Assembly (NCBI GenBank): GCA_035541395.1
Contig: DATKNJ010000124.1
Coordinates: 1-39,532 of the forward strand
Length of the DNA stretch: 39,532 bases
Direction: 5' to 3'
Source: Anaerolineales bacterium
GTDB taxonomy: Bacteria; Chloroflexota; Anaerolineae; Anaerolineales; Villigracilaceae
Positions 7,992 to 17,028 of this stretch are shown piece after piece (positions within the stretch are counted from its first letter, which is position 1; every line of letters begins with the position of its first letter). A program made the translations under genes and the position numbers. The notes below the pieces were generated by a model that did not search any database, was not told the DNA's origin, and worked only from the letters and a program-made list of their open reading frames with translations.

Positions 7992-8780
7992 ATGAACAAC
8001 TTCTCTTCCGCCCTTTGGGCTGAGTCCTTAAAAATGGTTCGTTCGAAGGTTCCGCTTATCACTGCCATCGGCTTCTCTTTAATGCCATTGGCTGGCGGAC
8101 TCTTCATGGTCATCTTGAAAGATCCCGAAGCCGCGAAATCTTTAGGACTGATTACCACAAAAGCACAACTCCTGGCAGGCACTGCGGATTGGCCTTCGTT
8201 CTTCGGCTTTCTGGCGCAAGCCGTCGCGGCTGGCGGCATGATTCTATTTGCCATCATCACAATTTGGATCTTTGGCCGCGAGTTCTCCGATCATACAATC
8301 AAAGAGTTATTGGCATTACCAACTTCACGCGAGACAATTATCACGGCCAAGTTTATTGTTCTCGTAATCTGGTCGCTGACTGTCACGCTGATCGTCTTCG
8401 GTTTTAGTCTGATCATTGGGACTTTGGTTCGTATTCCCGGTTGGTCAATAGAATTACTTCGCACTTCATTCATCAACATTTTAGGCACAGCGATCTTGAC
8501 TATTCCACTAATGTCTTTCATCGCGCTATTGGCCAGTGCGGGTCGCGGCTATCTGCCACCTTTCGGCTGGACGATCTTCACGCTGTTTCTCGCAAACCTT
8601 GCCGTCATTCTCGGCTGGGGCGATTGGCTTCCGTGGGCCATCCCCGGATTGTTCGGCGGAGTCGGCGGTCCGCGTGAGGAACTGCTCGGAGTCCATAGTT
8701 ATTTGATCCTGATCGTTGCCTCAATTATTGGTTTCGTTGCAACATATTGGTGGTGGCGAAGCGCCGACCAGACGCGGTAA
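7992..8780 (+). CDS. ABC-2 family transporter permease
   Basis: The 262-aa protein has 6 predicted TM helices. The FGREFSDHTIKELLALPTSRE motif is typical of ABC-2 permeases that pair with the preceding ATPase type. A GGAG SD lies 7 nt upstream. Confidence 0.75.
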   Translation: MNNFSSALWAESLKMVRSKVPLITAIGFSLMPLAGGLFMVILKDPEAAKSLGLITTKAQLLAGTADWPSFFGFLAQAVAAGGMILFAIITIWIFGREFSDHTIKELLALPTSRETIITAKFIVLVIWSLTVTLIVFGFSLIIGTLVRIPGWSIELLRTSFINILGTAILTIPLMSFIALLASAGRGYLPPFGWTIFTLFLANLAVILGWGDWLPWAIPGLFGGVGGPREELLGVHSYLILIVASIIGFVATYWWWRSADQTR

Positions 8781-8789
8781 ACTTGGCGA

Positions 8790-9221
8790 ATGCCGATCTC
8801 ACAAATTTACACAAAGAACTTCGTCATCCCAAAAGAAGCCATTGATGAAAACGGCCACGTGAACAACGTGGCCTATGTGCAGTGGATGCAGGACATTGCC
8901 ATCGAACATTATTCTTCCCTTGATGGAATCGATCCGATGCAGGAAGCCGGCGCGATGTGGGTCGTACGCGAACATCGCATCGAATACCTATTACCGGCCT
9001 TCGCAGGCGAAGAGATCGAGATCAAAACCTGGATGGAAGATATCCGCCGCGTGCGCTCATTGAGAAAGTATGAATTTGTGCGCAAATCAGATGGCAAAGT
9101 TTTGGTTAAAGGCGAGACGGATTGGGTCTTTGTAGATATAAAAAGCGGACGACCATTGGCTATTCCAAATGAAGTCGTACAAGTCTTTTCAAAAGACCCT
9201 AAAGGTCTTAAAGACCTTTAG
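8790..9221 (+). CDS. Hotdog-fold acyl-CoA thioesterase (4HBT/YbgC-like)
   Basis: The 143-aa protein contains IDENGHVNNVAYVQWMQD, with the catalytic Asp/His-Val-Asn-Asn region of the 4HBT family. It starts 9 nt after the permease stop. Confidence 0.75.
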   Translation: MPISQIYTKNFVIPKEAIDENGHVNNVAYVQWMQDIAIEHYSSLDGIDPMQEAGAMWVVREHRIEYLLPAFAGEEIEIKTWMEDIRRVRSLRKYEFVRKSDGKVLVKGETDWVFVDIKSGRPLAIPNEVVQVFSKDPKGLKDL

Positions 9222-9227
9222 GGTCTT
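9193..9227. terminator. Perfect 13-bp hairpin between convergent genes, overlapping the thioesterase 3' end
   Basis: AAGACCCTAAAGG (9193..9205) pairs with CCTTTAGGGTCTT (9215..9227) around a 9-nt loop. The T-run (TTTTG) follows the hairpin on the minus strand, so it most likely terminates the AlaX-like gene. Confidence 0.5.
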
Positions 9228-9233
9228 AAAACC

Positions 9234-9953
9234 TTATACAATCTCTATGTAGATTCTTTTATTAATCGCGCCTTTGCTTTTGTAATCTGTCACGCGCACA
9301 CTGCCCACTTCCGATGTATTCTTGACGTGCGTCCCACCATCCGCTTGTAAATCCAATCCAACGATCTCCACTGTGCGGACTTGCGGAATCCCTTCTGGTA
9401 ACAAATTGATCTTGGTGCGAATCAAATCTGGAATTTGAAAGGCCTCTTCGCGCGGCAAAATCTCGACACGGATTTCGCGCGCCGCGGCGATCTCTTTATT
9501 GACCGCGGCCTCGATCTCGTGTACCAACTCGGCACGCATCGTCTCGAACTCGAAATCCATGCGGCCCTTCAATGGTTCCATATCCCCGCCCGTGACTTGT
9601 GCGCCGTAGTCGCGAAAAACTGTCCCACACAGGATGTGGAGCGCGGTATGGGTGCGCATCAACTGATAACGCCGCGACCAGTCTATCGTCCCGCGCGCCG
9701 CGGCGCCCACTGACGGAAGAGGCGCGGTCCCACCGAGAAAATGCAATACGTCATCGCCCTGCTTCTTTACTTTTTCAATCGGATATTCCACACCATTCAC
9801 ATTCAATACGCCAAAGTCGCATGGCTGGCCGCCTCCGCCCGGATAAAAGGCAGTTCGATCCAATACGATAGTCTTCGTCTCGGAATCTACAGAGGCGATA
9901 TTGGCCTCAAACTCGCGTAAATAACTATCGGTGTGATAAAGCAGTTCAGTCAT
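9234..9953 (-). CDS. alaX: Alanyl-tRNA editing protein AlaX (AlaRS editing-domain homolog)
   Basis: I chose the ATG at 9953 as the start (MTELLYHTDSYLREF...), with GAGG upstream. Supporting motifs are TAFYPGGGGQP, the zinc-binding HTALH and GGTHV. The size is about 239 aa. Confidence 0.8.
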   Translation of the reverse strand: MTELLYHTDSYLREFEANIASVDSETKTIVLDRTAFYPGGGGQPCDFGVLNVNGVEYPIEKVKKQGDDVLHFLGGTAPLPSVGAAARGTIDWSRRYQLMRTHTALHILCGTVFRDYGAQVTGGDMEPLKGRMDFEFETMRAELVHEIEAAVNKEIAAAREIRVEILPREEAFQIPDLIRTKINLLPEGIPQVRTVEIVGLDLQADGGTHVKNTSEVGSVRVTDYKSKGAINKRIYIEIV

Positions 9954-10044
9954 AAGACACCTCGCCTCGAAAAGTTTTTTCAATTATAGCCGCGCACAAT
10001 ATATAGAAAGCAGATTAGCGTTTGATTAGAATTTTACAAGGTTA

Positions 10045-10073
10045 TTGACTTTGTTTTGCAAATTCTGTATAGT
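10045..10073 (+). promoter_or_regulatory. Sigma-70-type promoter for the GldA-like ABC operon
   Basis: TTGACT (10045..10050), a 17-nt spacer, then TATAGT (10068..10073). This predicts a leader of about 85 nt before the ATG at 10161. Confidence 0.5.
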
Positions 10074-10160
10074 ATTTTGCGATCATATTACGGCACGGCC
10101 CGCCGTCCTGGCTGCTGTGCCGTTTGTTACGTCATTATCTTTTTGATTGAAGGAGAGCCA

Positions 10161-11102
10161 ATGATTCGAGTCAATGGTCTGACCAAAGACTACGGGTCGC
10201 GCCGCGCAATTGATCACCTTACATTCGAAGCCGAGCAAGGAGAAATCCTTGGCTTCCTCGGACCGAATGGCGCAGGCAAAACGACCACCATGCGCATTCT
10301 AACCGGCTATATGCCGCCTACGGATGGCGAAGCAGTTGTTGCAGGGTACGATGTAATGAGCGAGTCCATAGAAGTTCGACGCCGCGTCGGATACCTGCCT
10401 GAGACTGTTCCCCTCTACACTGACATGGGCGTGTTTGATTACCTCAAGTTCATGGCAGACCTACGCCACCTGCCGGATGGAGAGGAACGCGCCGATGAAG
10501 TGCTGGAAATGGTCGGATTGGTTGACCGCGCCAACAGCATGATTGGGAAACTATCAAAAGGCATGCGCCAGAGAGTGGGACTCGCACAGGCTCTTCTCCA
10601 TCGCCCTGAGGTTTTGATCCTGGACGAACCGACGATCGGTCTTGACCCGGGCCAGGTCGTGGAAGTTCGCAAGCTGATTCAAGATGTCGGCAAAGAACGA
10701 ACGGTTTTACTTTCCACACATATCCTTTCGGAAGCACAGAATATCTGTGACCGCGTTTTGATCATCAACAAAGGCAAGATCGTGGCGGAAGATACACCTG
10801 AAAAGCTACAGTCTCGTTTGCTGGGCGCGGAGCGCGTGGCTTTACGCGTCCGCGGCGATGCAGACGGTTTAGCGAAGACCGTTGAAAAAGTCAAAGGTGT
10901 ACAAATTGTCGAATCAAAAGGTGAAGACACCATTGAGTTCCAGTTCGCACCCGGCCACGATATCCGGCCTGAAGTAGCAAAGACTGTCATCAATGCAGGA
11001 TACGAACTCCTCGAACTGCGACCCATGGGCATGAGCCTTGAAGAAATCTTCCTTGAGTTGACCGGCGATGAGGAAAACCACAAGGCACGAGGTGAGAAAT
11101 GA
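10161..11102 (+). CDS. ABC transporter ATP-binding protein (GldA-like, ABC-2 type)
   Basis: The true start is the ATG at 10161 (MIRVNGLTKDYG), with an AAGGAG SD at 10150..10155. The track start at 10056 is a TTG inside the promoter. Motifs are GPNGAGKTT, LSKGMRQRVGLA and VLILDEP. Confidence 0.9.
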   Translation: MIRVNGLTKDYGSRRAIDHLTFEAEQGEILGFLGPNGAGKTTTMRILTGYMPPTDGEAVVAGYDVMSESIEVRRRVGYLPETVPLYTDMGVFDYLKFMADLRHLPDGEERADEVLEMVGLVDRANSMIGKLSKGMRQRVGLAQALLHRPEVLILDEPTIGLDPGQVVEVRKLIQDVGKERTVLLSTHILSEAQNICDRVLIINKGKIVAEDTPEKLQSRLLGAERVALRVRGDADGLAKTVEKVKGVQIVESKGEDTIEFQFAPGHDIRPEVAKTVINAGYELLELRPMGMSLEEIFLELTGDEENHKARGEK

Positions 11103-11845
11103 GAAACATTTGGACAATTGCGAAGCGAGAATACAACCACTACTTCAGCAGCCCCATCGCATATGTAGTGGCGTTTATGATATTTCTCGTTTTGGGAATT
11201 ATCTTTGTCGCGATTTTGCAGCAAAGCATTTCGATGGCAATACAACAATCCAACTCCGCGCCCGATATTAGTCCCATCACGGGCGATATTGTTTTCCTGT
11301 TGGTCTTTTCGGTTCCCGCGTTGACGATGCGCCTGGTCTCGGATGAGACGCGTATGGGCACCATGGAATTGCTCCTCACCGCGCCTGTGCGCGACTGGGA
11401 ACTGATCGTGGGCAAATGGCTGGGCGGCTTTCTGTTCATCCTGACCATTGTCGCGATTACGCTCATCTATCCATTCGTGTTGAACAGTCTGGTCACGCCA
11501 GGCATCGATCAACGCGTGATGATGACAGCCTATCTCGGCGTCATTTTAGTCTCGGCAGCATTCCTTGGTTTGGGTGTTGGGATCTCCGCCATTTTCAGCA
11601 ATCAAATTGCGGCCTTCTTCTTAAGCATGGGGCTGTTCGTCTTTCTTTGGTGGCTGATCGGAATCCCCGGCCAGATTCTCACCGTGGGAACCGATGTGTT
11701 CCAGTATCTTGATATGCAAGCACACTTCAACAACACCTTGAATGTAGGTGTCATCGCACTGGGCGATGTTGTTTACTACTTGAGCCTGACCGCGCTTGGG
11801 TTGTTCACCGGTACGGCTGCAGTAGAAATGCGGAGATGGCGCTAA
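11099..11845 (+). CDS. ABC-2 permease (GldF-like)
   Basis: Its start overlaps the ATPase stop in an ATGA motif. The 248-aa protein has 6 TM helices. The N-terminal IAKREYNHYFSSPIAYVV is typical of GldF-type permeases. Confidence 0.8.
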   Translation: MRNIWTIAKREYNHYFSSPIAYVVAFMIFLVLGIIFVAILQQSISMAIQQSNSAPDISPITGDIVFLLVFSVPALTMRLVSDETRMGTMELLLTAPVRDWELIVGKWLGGFLFILTIVAITLIYPFVLNSLVTPGIDQRVMMTAYLGVILVSAAFLGLGVGISAIFSNQIAAFFLSMGLFVFLWWLIGIPGQILTVGTDVFQYLDMQAHFNNTLNVGVIALGDVVYYLSLTALGLFTGTAAVEMRRWR

Positions 11846-13449
11846 TGGCTGCTAAAAAGAAAACCTTCAAAATACAGCGCTATGCGTTCATCGCGTTGAT
11901 TGTGGCAGGAGTGGCGCTGGTCGCCACTATTCTGCTTGCAATTGTTCAGGGTTTTGTCGCGTTGAAATTATTCTCAACCGGGAACCCCGCCGTGTGGCTG
12001 AATGCGCTGTGGATCAGTCTTGCTCTGACCGTCATTGGAATCGCGGCATATGGAATCATGGCGCCGGACAATGTGCGCCGCTTCTTCACTGGACGTCAGG
12101 CTCGCTACGGATCAAATTCTTTGATCATGTTCCTGGCAGTGATCGGCATTTTGTTCGTTATCAATTTATTAGCCTTCGAAAATCCGGTCTCAAAAGACTT
12201 CACTGAAGATCAATCTCACACTCTTGCCAAGGAAACCTTGCAAGCGCTTGCCAATCTTCCAGAGAAAGTAAACGCGATTGCCTTCTTTTCCTCGCGCCTA
12301 TCTTCAAGCGACGCCAAAACTTTGCTGGATAACTTCAAGGCAAACAGCAAGGGCAAATTCGATTATCAATTCGTAGATCCCGATACCAACCCGGTAGCTG
12401 CGCGTCAGGCTGGCGTTACCGGCGATGGCAAGATCATGTTGACGATGGGCACGCACAAAGAGATTGCTTCGTCAGCCACTGAAACCGATTTGGTACGCGC
12501 ACTGATTCGTCTCATCAGTCCGGAACAGCACGTAATATATTTCCTCACCGGCCATGGCGAAGCAGACATCAATGGCAGCGGCGATACAGCCTTCTCCATT
12601 GCGCGCAGCACACTGGAAAGCAAGAACTACACAGTCAAGACTTTGAATCTCTTGGCGAATCCGGTCATTCCAACCGACGCACAGACCATCGTCATCGCAG
12701 GCCCACAGAAACCTCTCTCCACAGATGAAGTAAGTCTACTTAAGAGTTATGTGGATGGCGGTAAATCACTCGTCGTATTGGAAGACCCAACATTTTTCAC
12801 AAAGTTCGATAACTCACCCGATCCTCTGGCGCAATATCTGATTTCTGATTGGGGCATCACCCTCGATAACGACTTGATCATTGACTTGCAAAACAGCGGT
12901 GCGCCTCTCAATGCCACGGCCGCCAGCCGTTCACAGGATAGTCCGATCACAGAAAATATGACTCTGGTGGCTATTCTTCCGCAAGCTCGCAGCATCAGCC
13001 TGGCAACCACTGCGCCGACAAACGTAACCGATACATCTTTGATTCAAACCTCTCCCAATTCCTGGGGGGAGACAGACTTTACCAGTCTCTCATCGAATCA
13101 AGCCAAATATGATGCAGGTCAGGATATTCCCGGTCCGTTGAACATGGCCGTATCTGGACAAAACAATGTGACCAACGGCCGCGTGGTAGTCTTTGGCAAT
13201 TCAGTGTTTGCCGCGGATGGCGCTTTCGATGCTTATGGCAACGGCGACATCTTCATCAATTCTGTAGACTGGGCCGCGTCACAGGAAAATTTAATCAATA
13301 TCACACCGAATACGCCCAAGCAACGCACGTTCAATATCCCCTCCCAGGTTGAATGGGTCGCCATTTTGCTGGGCGCCATCTTCATCCTGCCCGGGTTGTG
13401 GATTGTGGCAGGCGTTTCGGCTTGGGTAGTGCAACGCAGACGAGGTTAA
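11836..13449 (+). CDS. GldG-like ABC-transport auxiliary protein
   Basis: The protein has N- and C-terminal TM anchors around a large extracytoplasmic domain with a HVIYFLTGHGE motif. The start is either the ATG at 11836 or the ATG at 11845. Both overlap the preceding stop. Confidence 0.75.
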   Translation: MALMAAKKKTFKIQRYAFIALIVAGVALVATILLAIVQGFVALKLFSTGNPAVWLNALWISLALTVIGIAAYGIMAPDNVRRFFTGRQARYGSNSLIMFLAVIGILFVINLLAFENPVSKDFTEDQSHTLAKETLQALANLPEKVNAIAFFSSRLSSSDAKTLLDNFKANSKGKFDYQFVDPDTNPVAARQAGVTGDGKIMLTMGTHKEIASSATETDLVRALIRLISPEQHVIYFLTGHGEADINGSGDTAFSIARSTLESKNYTVKTLNLLANPVIPTDAQTIVIAGPQKPLSTDEVSLLKSYVDGGKSLVVLEDPTFFTKFDNSPDPLAQYLISDWGITLDNDLIIDLQNSGAPLNATAASRSQDSPITENMTLVAILPQARSISLATTAPTNVTDTSLIQTSPNSWGETDFTSLSSNQAKYDAGQDIPGPLNMAVSGQNNVTNGRVVVFGNSVFAADGAFDAYGNGDIFINSVDWAASQENLINITPNTPKQRTFNIPSQVEWVAILLGAIFILPGLWIVAGVSAWVVQRRRG

Positions 13450-13452
13450 TTC

Positions 13453-14100
13453 ATGATACGCAGATCAACCTGGATCGCTCTGGTTATCCTTGCAGCTTTA
13501 ATCGGAGTAGTCTTTTATTTGAGGTACGAACAACAAGCTGTCAAAGCGGAATCCAAAACCGTTCCTACGCCGACCGTAGCTTACTTATTTAACACAACGA
13601 CAGATGGCCAGCCGGTCAGCATCAAGATCGAAGACGCCACTGGAACAACTGTCGAGGTGGCGCGTGACTCGAGTCAGGCTTGGGCGATTGATCAGCCAAC
13701 TCGAGCGGAAGCGGACCAAAGTTCGTCTGAGGCGGCGGCTACGCAAATCAGCTCACTGCGCCCCACCGATGAAGTGGACCTCGCACCGGACATTCTCGGT
13801 TTGGACAAACCAGCTTACACCGTCACGATTGGTTTCGACAGCGGCAAGCAGCACGTGATGAAAATCGGTTCGCAAACGCCCACACAAAGTGGATATTATG
13901 TCCAAGTCGATTCGAACAAATCCGTGATTGTGGCAAGCGAAGGAATCGAGGCACTGCTGAACCTGTTCACTGCGCCACCCTATAAAGAAACACCCACGCC
14001 CTCGGTGACTCCTTCACCGATTCCTCCGACCTCAACGCCTGCTCCAGCTACTGCAGCGCCAGTGGCCACCGATACAACCGCCGTTACACCTACCCCTTAG
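13453..14100 (+). CDS. DUF4340-like bitopic protein with Pro/Thr-rich C-terminal tail
   Basis: It has an N-terminal TM (WIALVILAALIGVVFYL). The position directly after a GldG-like gene is the usual DUF4340 context. The tail reads TPTPSVTPSPIPPTSTPAPATAAPVATDTTAVTPTP. Confidence 0.55.
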   Translation: MIRRSTWIALVILAALIGVVFYLRYEQQAVKAESKTVPTPTVAYLFNTTTDGQPVSIKIEDATGTTVEVARDSSQAWAIDQPTRAEADQSSSEAAATQISSLRPTDEVDLAPDILGLDKPAYTVTIGFDSGKQHVMKIGSQTPTQSGYYVQVDSNKSVIVASEGIEALLNLFTAPPYKETPTPSVTPSPIPPTSTPAPATAAPVATDTTAVTPTP

Positions 14101-14154
14101 GGTGATTTTTGTAAAACAAATACCTTACAAAGCATCCAGATTTCTGAAAGGCTA

Positions 14155-14183
14155 TTGATTTTCGACCTTAAAACGTGTATTCT
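14155..14183 (+). promoter_or_regulatory. Possible promoter of the sigma factor gene
   Basis: TTGATT (14155..14160), a 17-nt spacer, then TATTCT (14178..14183). This is a pattern match only. Confidence 0.3.
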
Positions 14184-14212
14184 GGATTAAATTTGAAAGT
14201 TTGGAAGGCAGA

Positions 14213-15421
14213 ATGGATGTAGAAAAAATTATTATTGTAGACGAGGAAGAAGAGTTCCCGGCAATTGCGCGCTTGATCGAACTCGGGCGGCAAAAGTCAT
14301 ACGTCACTTTAGATGATATTTTGCACTTCTTCCCCGAAGCAGAGCAGGATGTGGAGCAACTTGAGGAGGCTTTTTCAGCGCTCCTCAGCGCGGGGATTCC
14401 GTTTGTGGAGGATGCCACCACCAGCGAGCCGACTGAGGACGAGTTGGCCGCGGTGGAAGAGACCGAAGTTGAGGAGCCAGACCTTAGTCTGGATGATTAC
14501 CTCGCCAATATTGACACTGACGACACGATTGGTCTGTATCTCAAAGAGGTCAGCCGTGTTCCGCTGCTGACCGCACAGGAAGAAGTGGCACTCGCTCAAC
14601 GAATCGAGCGCGGCCGCACTGCACGCGAAGAATTGGCAAAGGGCATCGTGAGTCCGCGACGCCGCATGGAACTTCGCAAACAGATTGAAGACGGTTGGGC
14701 TGCCCGCGAGCATCTCATCACTGCCAACTCGCGCTTGGTAATTTCCGTCGCCAAAAAATATATGGGGCGCGGCGTGCCCTTCCTTGACTTGATTCAGGAA
14801 GGCAACATTGGTTTAATCCGCGCAACCAAGAAGTTCGACTATCGCCGCGGGCACAAGTTCTCAACGTATGCCACATGGTGGATTCGCCAGGCTGTGACGC
14901 GCGCCATCGCCGATCAGGGACGCACGATCCGCGTACCAGTTCACATGGGCGATCAAATCAACAAGTTATTGCGCGTACAGCACCAACTGACTCAACGTCT
15001 GGGCCGCGAGCCCAGCGTGGAAGAGTTGGCTGTCGCATTGGATGTCCCGCCCAAAAAAGTCGAGAACATGATTCAGGTTGCGCGGCGTCCACTTTCGTTG
15101 GAAACGCCAACTGACGATGAAGAAGATTCGGTGCTCGGCGATTTCATCGAAGATGATGAGGCTCCCCCGCCCGACGATACCGCCACATACAACTTGTTGC
15201 GCGAGCATCTCGGCGAAGTGCTGAATGGATTGCCACCGCGCGAAGTCCGCATTTTGCAATTACGTTACGGATTGCTCGATGGTCAGGCCTATACGCTTGA
15301 AGAGGTCGGCCGCAAGATGGGTGTCACGCGCGAGCGCGTGAGGCAGATCGAAGCGCAAGCCTTGAGCCGCTTGCGCCATCCATCCATCCGCCGCAAACTG
15401 CGCGACTATCTTGGTGAATAA
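14213..15421 (+). CDS. rpoD: Primary RNA polymerase sigma-70 factor (RpoD/SigA)
   Basis: I chose the ATG at 14213, with GGAAGG at 14203..14208. The track start at 14201 is a TTG. Region 2 reads LIQEGNIGLIRATKKFDYRRGHKFSTYATWWIRQAVTRAIADQGRTIRVPVHM, and regions 3 and 4 (LTLEEVGRKMGVTRERVRQIEAQAL) are present. The N-terminal region 1.1 is acidic. Confidence 0.95.
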   Translation: MDVEKIIIVDEEEEFPAIARLIELGRQKSYVTLDDILHFFPEAEQDVEQLEEAFSALLSAGIPFVEDATTSEPTEDELAAVEETEVEEPDLSLDDYLANIDTDDTIGLYLKEVSRVPLLTAQEEVALAQRIERGRTAREELAKGIVSPRRRMELRKQIEDGWAAREHLITANSRLVISVAKKYMGRGVPFLDLIQEGNIGLIRATKKFDYRRGHKFSTYATWWIRQAVTRAIADQGRTIRVPVHMGDQINKLLRVQHQLTQRLGREPSVEELAVALDVPPKKVENMIQVARRPLSLETPTDDEEDSVLGDFIEDDEAPPPDDTATYNLLREHLGEVLNGLPPREVRILQLRYGLLDGQAYTLEEVGRKMGVTRERVRQIEAQALSRLRHPSIRRKLRDYLGE

Positions 15422-15425
15422 ATTC

Positions 15426-15459
15426 AAAAAATCGGAACCCGGTCGGGTTCCGATTTTTT
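15426..15459 (+). terminator. Rho-independent terminator after rpoD
   Basis: AAAAAATCGGAACCC (15426..15440) pairs with GGGTTCCGATTTTTT (15445..15459) around the loop GGTC. The 3' arm ends in a T-run. Confidence 0.85.
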
Positions 15460-15527
15460 GATTCGCCCAACAAAATTAACAGCTTAAGGTTATATCCAAA
15501 TTCCAATCGGGACGTTAAAATAACTCT

Positions 15528-17024
15528 ATGAAAGTCGTCCGTTTTTTTCTGCCGCGCATCAGCTACATTTTGCTGGGAGCAATTTTTCTGGGGATTGCGG
15601 CCAGCGGACCGAAAATTCTCAACTTCGACGGAGACCTCCCGCGCCACATTCTATTCGGCAATTTGGTTCTGCAAACCAAACAAGTTCCCACTACTGATTT
15701 ATTTTCCTATCGCACAATTGGCAAGCCCAGCACACCACACGAATGGCTGTCGGAAGTCTTTTTCGCGCTGGCGTATAACTGGCTCGGATTAAGCGGCGTT
15801 GTATTACTAACCGCGCTGATGATCGCGTTGGCATTCGCCATCGTCTATTGGGATGCCAATCAAAGATCAACAAGTTTGCTCGCGGCACTTGGTTTTGCGT
15901 TCCTCGGCGTCATTACGGCTGCAATTCATTTCCTACCGCGCCCTCACATTTTCACATTTGTGCTGTTGGCCTTCTGGACTTTCATCCTCGAAAAAATGCG
16001 CAAGGGGCAAATCCGCGCTTGGTGGATTCTTCCGATCTTGATGTTACTTTGGGTCAACTTGCATGGAATGTTTGTGTTGGGCATCGCGGTTTGGCTGGTC
16101 TACCTGGTCGGCGCGCTCATGGATCGTCCCGCCAGCACATGGAAAGAATCTACTGAGATCAAAACGATTCTGGCTGGCGGTTTAGTTTCATTACCGATTA
16201 CGCTTCTATCACCATCCGGCATCGGGATTTGGGGAACTGTGTTCGAGCTGGCCGGAGATAGCTACATTACGTCGATGATTCCGGAGTATCAATCGGCCAA
16301 CTTTCACGAACCCGGAACATGGCCTTTCATTTTGATATTGATGTTGGCGATTCTAATTTTGAGTCGTGCAAAAGAAAGACCATTCTGGACACATACGCTC
16401 TTGCTCGCAGCCTTTGCAGGACTCGCACTGTACTCCAGTCGAATGATTCCGATCTTTGCCATTCTTGCCGCGCCAATCGAAGCTGAATATTTTGCACACT
16501 GGATACGAAGTGGAAATTGGTCGGCTAAGTTAGTTGCTTTTGAAGATCGCATCAGCGTAGTAGACAGAACAGCGAACGGATTTATCTGGCTGGTCGCTCT
16601 GGCGGCAGCCGTCACGCTTCTCTTCGCCACCGGACAGAAAATTGATCCGCAACAAAAGGGCAATCAATTCGACCCGCAGTTTTTCCCTGTCAACGCCACC
16701 GAATGGCTAAAGTCGCATCCACAAAGTGGGCACATGTTCAACGACTTCAACTGGGGAAGTTATCTTTTATTTGAGCTTTGGCCAAGTCAACAGATCTTCA
16801 TTGACGGACACACTCATATTTATGGCGATGCGTTGACCAGAGAATATGAGGATGTTATCGCGCTGAACAAGAACTGGGATGAGATACTAAATAAATATCA
16901 AGTGCAATGGGCGATTCTGCCAACTGATGCATTGTTGGTGCAAGCGCTGAAAAATCAAGGCTGGCAAACACTATACCAAGACTCAACCGCGATCATCTTA
17001 AGACAAAGCAACGCATCACAATAA
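15528..17024 (+). CDS. Large polytopic membrane protein, putative GT-C-fold glycosyltransferase (1 of 4)
   Basis: The 498-aa protein has more than 10 hydrophobic helices followed by a soluble C-terminal domain of about 130 aa. This is GT-C-like topology. I recognise no family-specific motif. Confidence 0.45.
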   Translation: MKVVRFFLPRISYILLGAIFLGIAASGPKILNFDGDLPRHILFGNLVLQTKQVPTTDLFSYRTIGKPSTPHEWLSEVFFALAYNWLGLSGVVLLTALMIALAFAIVYWDANQRSTSLLAALGFAFLGVITAAIHFLPRPHIFTFVLLAFWTFILEKMRKGQIRAWWILPILMLLWVNLHGMFVLGIAVWLVYLVGALMDRPASTWKESTEIKTILAGGLVSLPITLLSPSGIGIWGTVFELAGDSYITSMIPEYQSANFHEPGTWPFILILMLAILILSRAKERPFWTHTLLLAAFAGLALYSSRMIPIFAILAAPIEAEYFAHWIRSGNWSAKLVAFEDRISVVDRTANGFIWLVALAAAVTLLFATGQKIDPQQKGNQFDPQFFPVNATEWLKSHPQSGHMFNDFNWGSYLLFELWPSQQIFIDGHTHIYGDALTREYEDVIALNKNWDEILNKYQVQWAILPTDALLVQALKNQGWQTLYQDSTAIILRQSNASQ

Positions 17025-17028
17025 CTCT

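Noticed and set aside
10679-11512. A 277-aa antisense ORF spanning the ABC ATPase/permease junction.
   Set aside because: It lies fully antisense to two genes with unmistakable ABC motifs. Its translation is low-complexity and rich in Arg, Ser and Gln, with no recognisable motif and no SD. I treat it as a shadow ORF.
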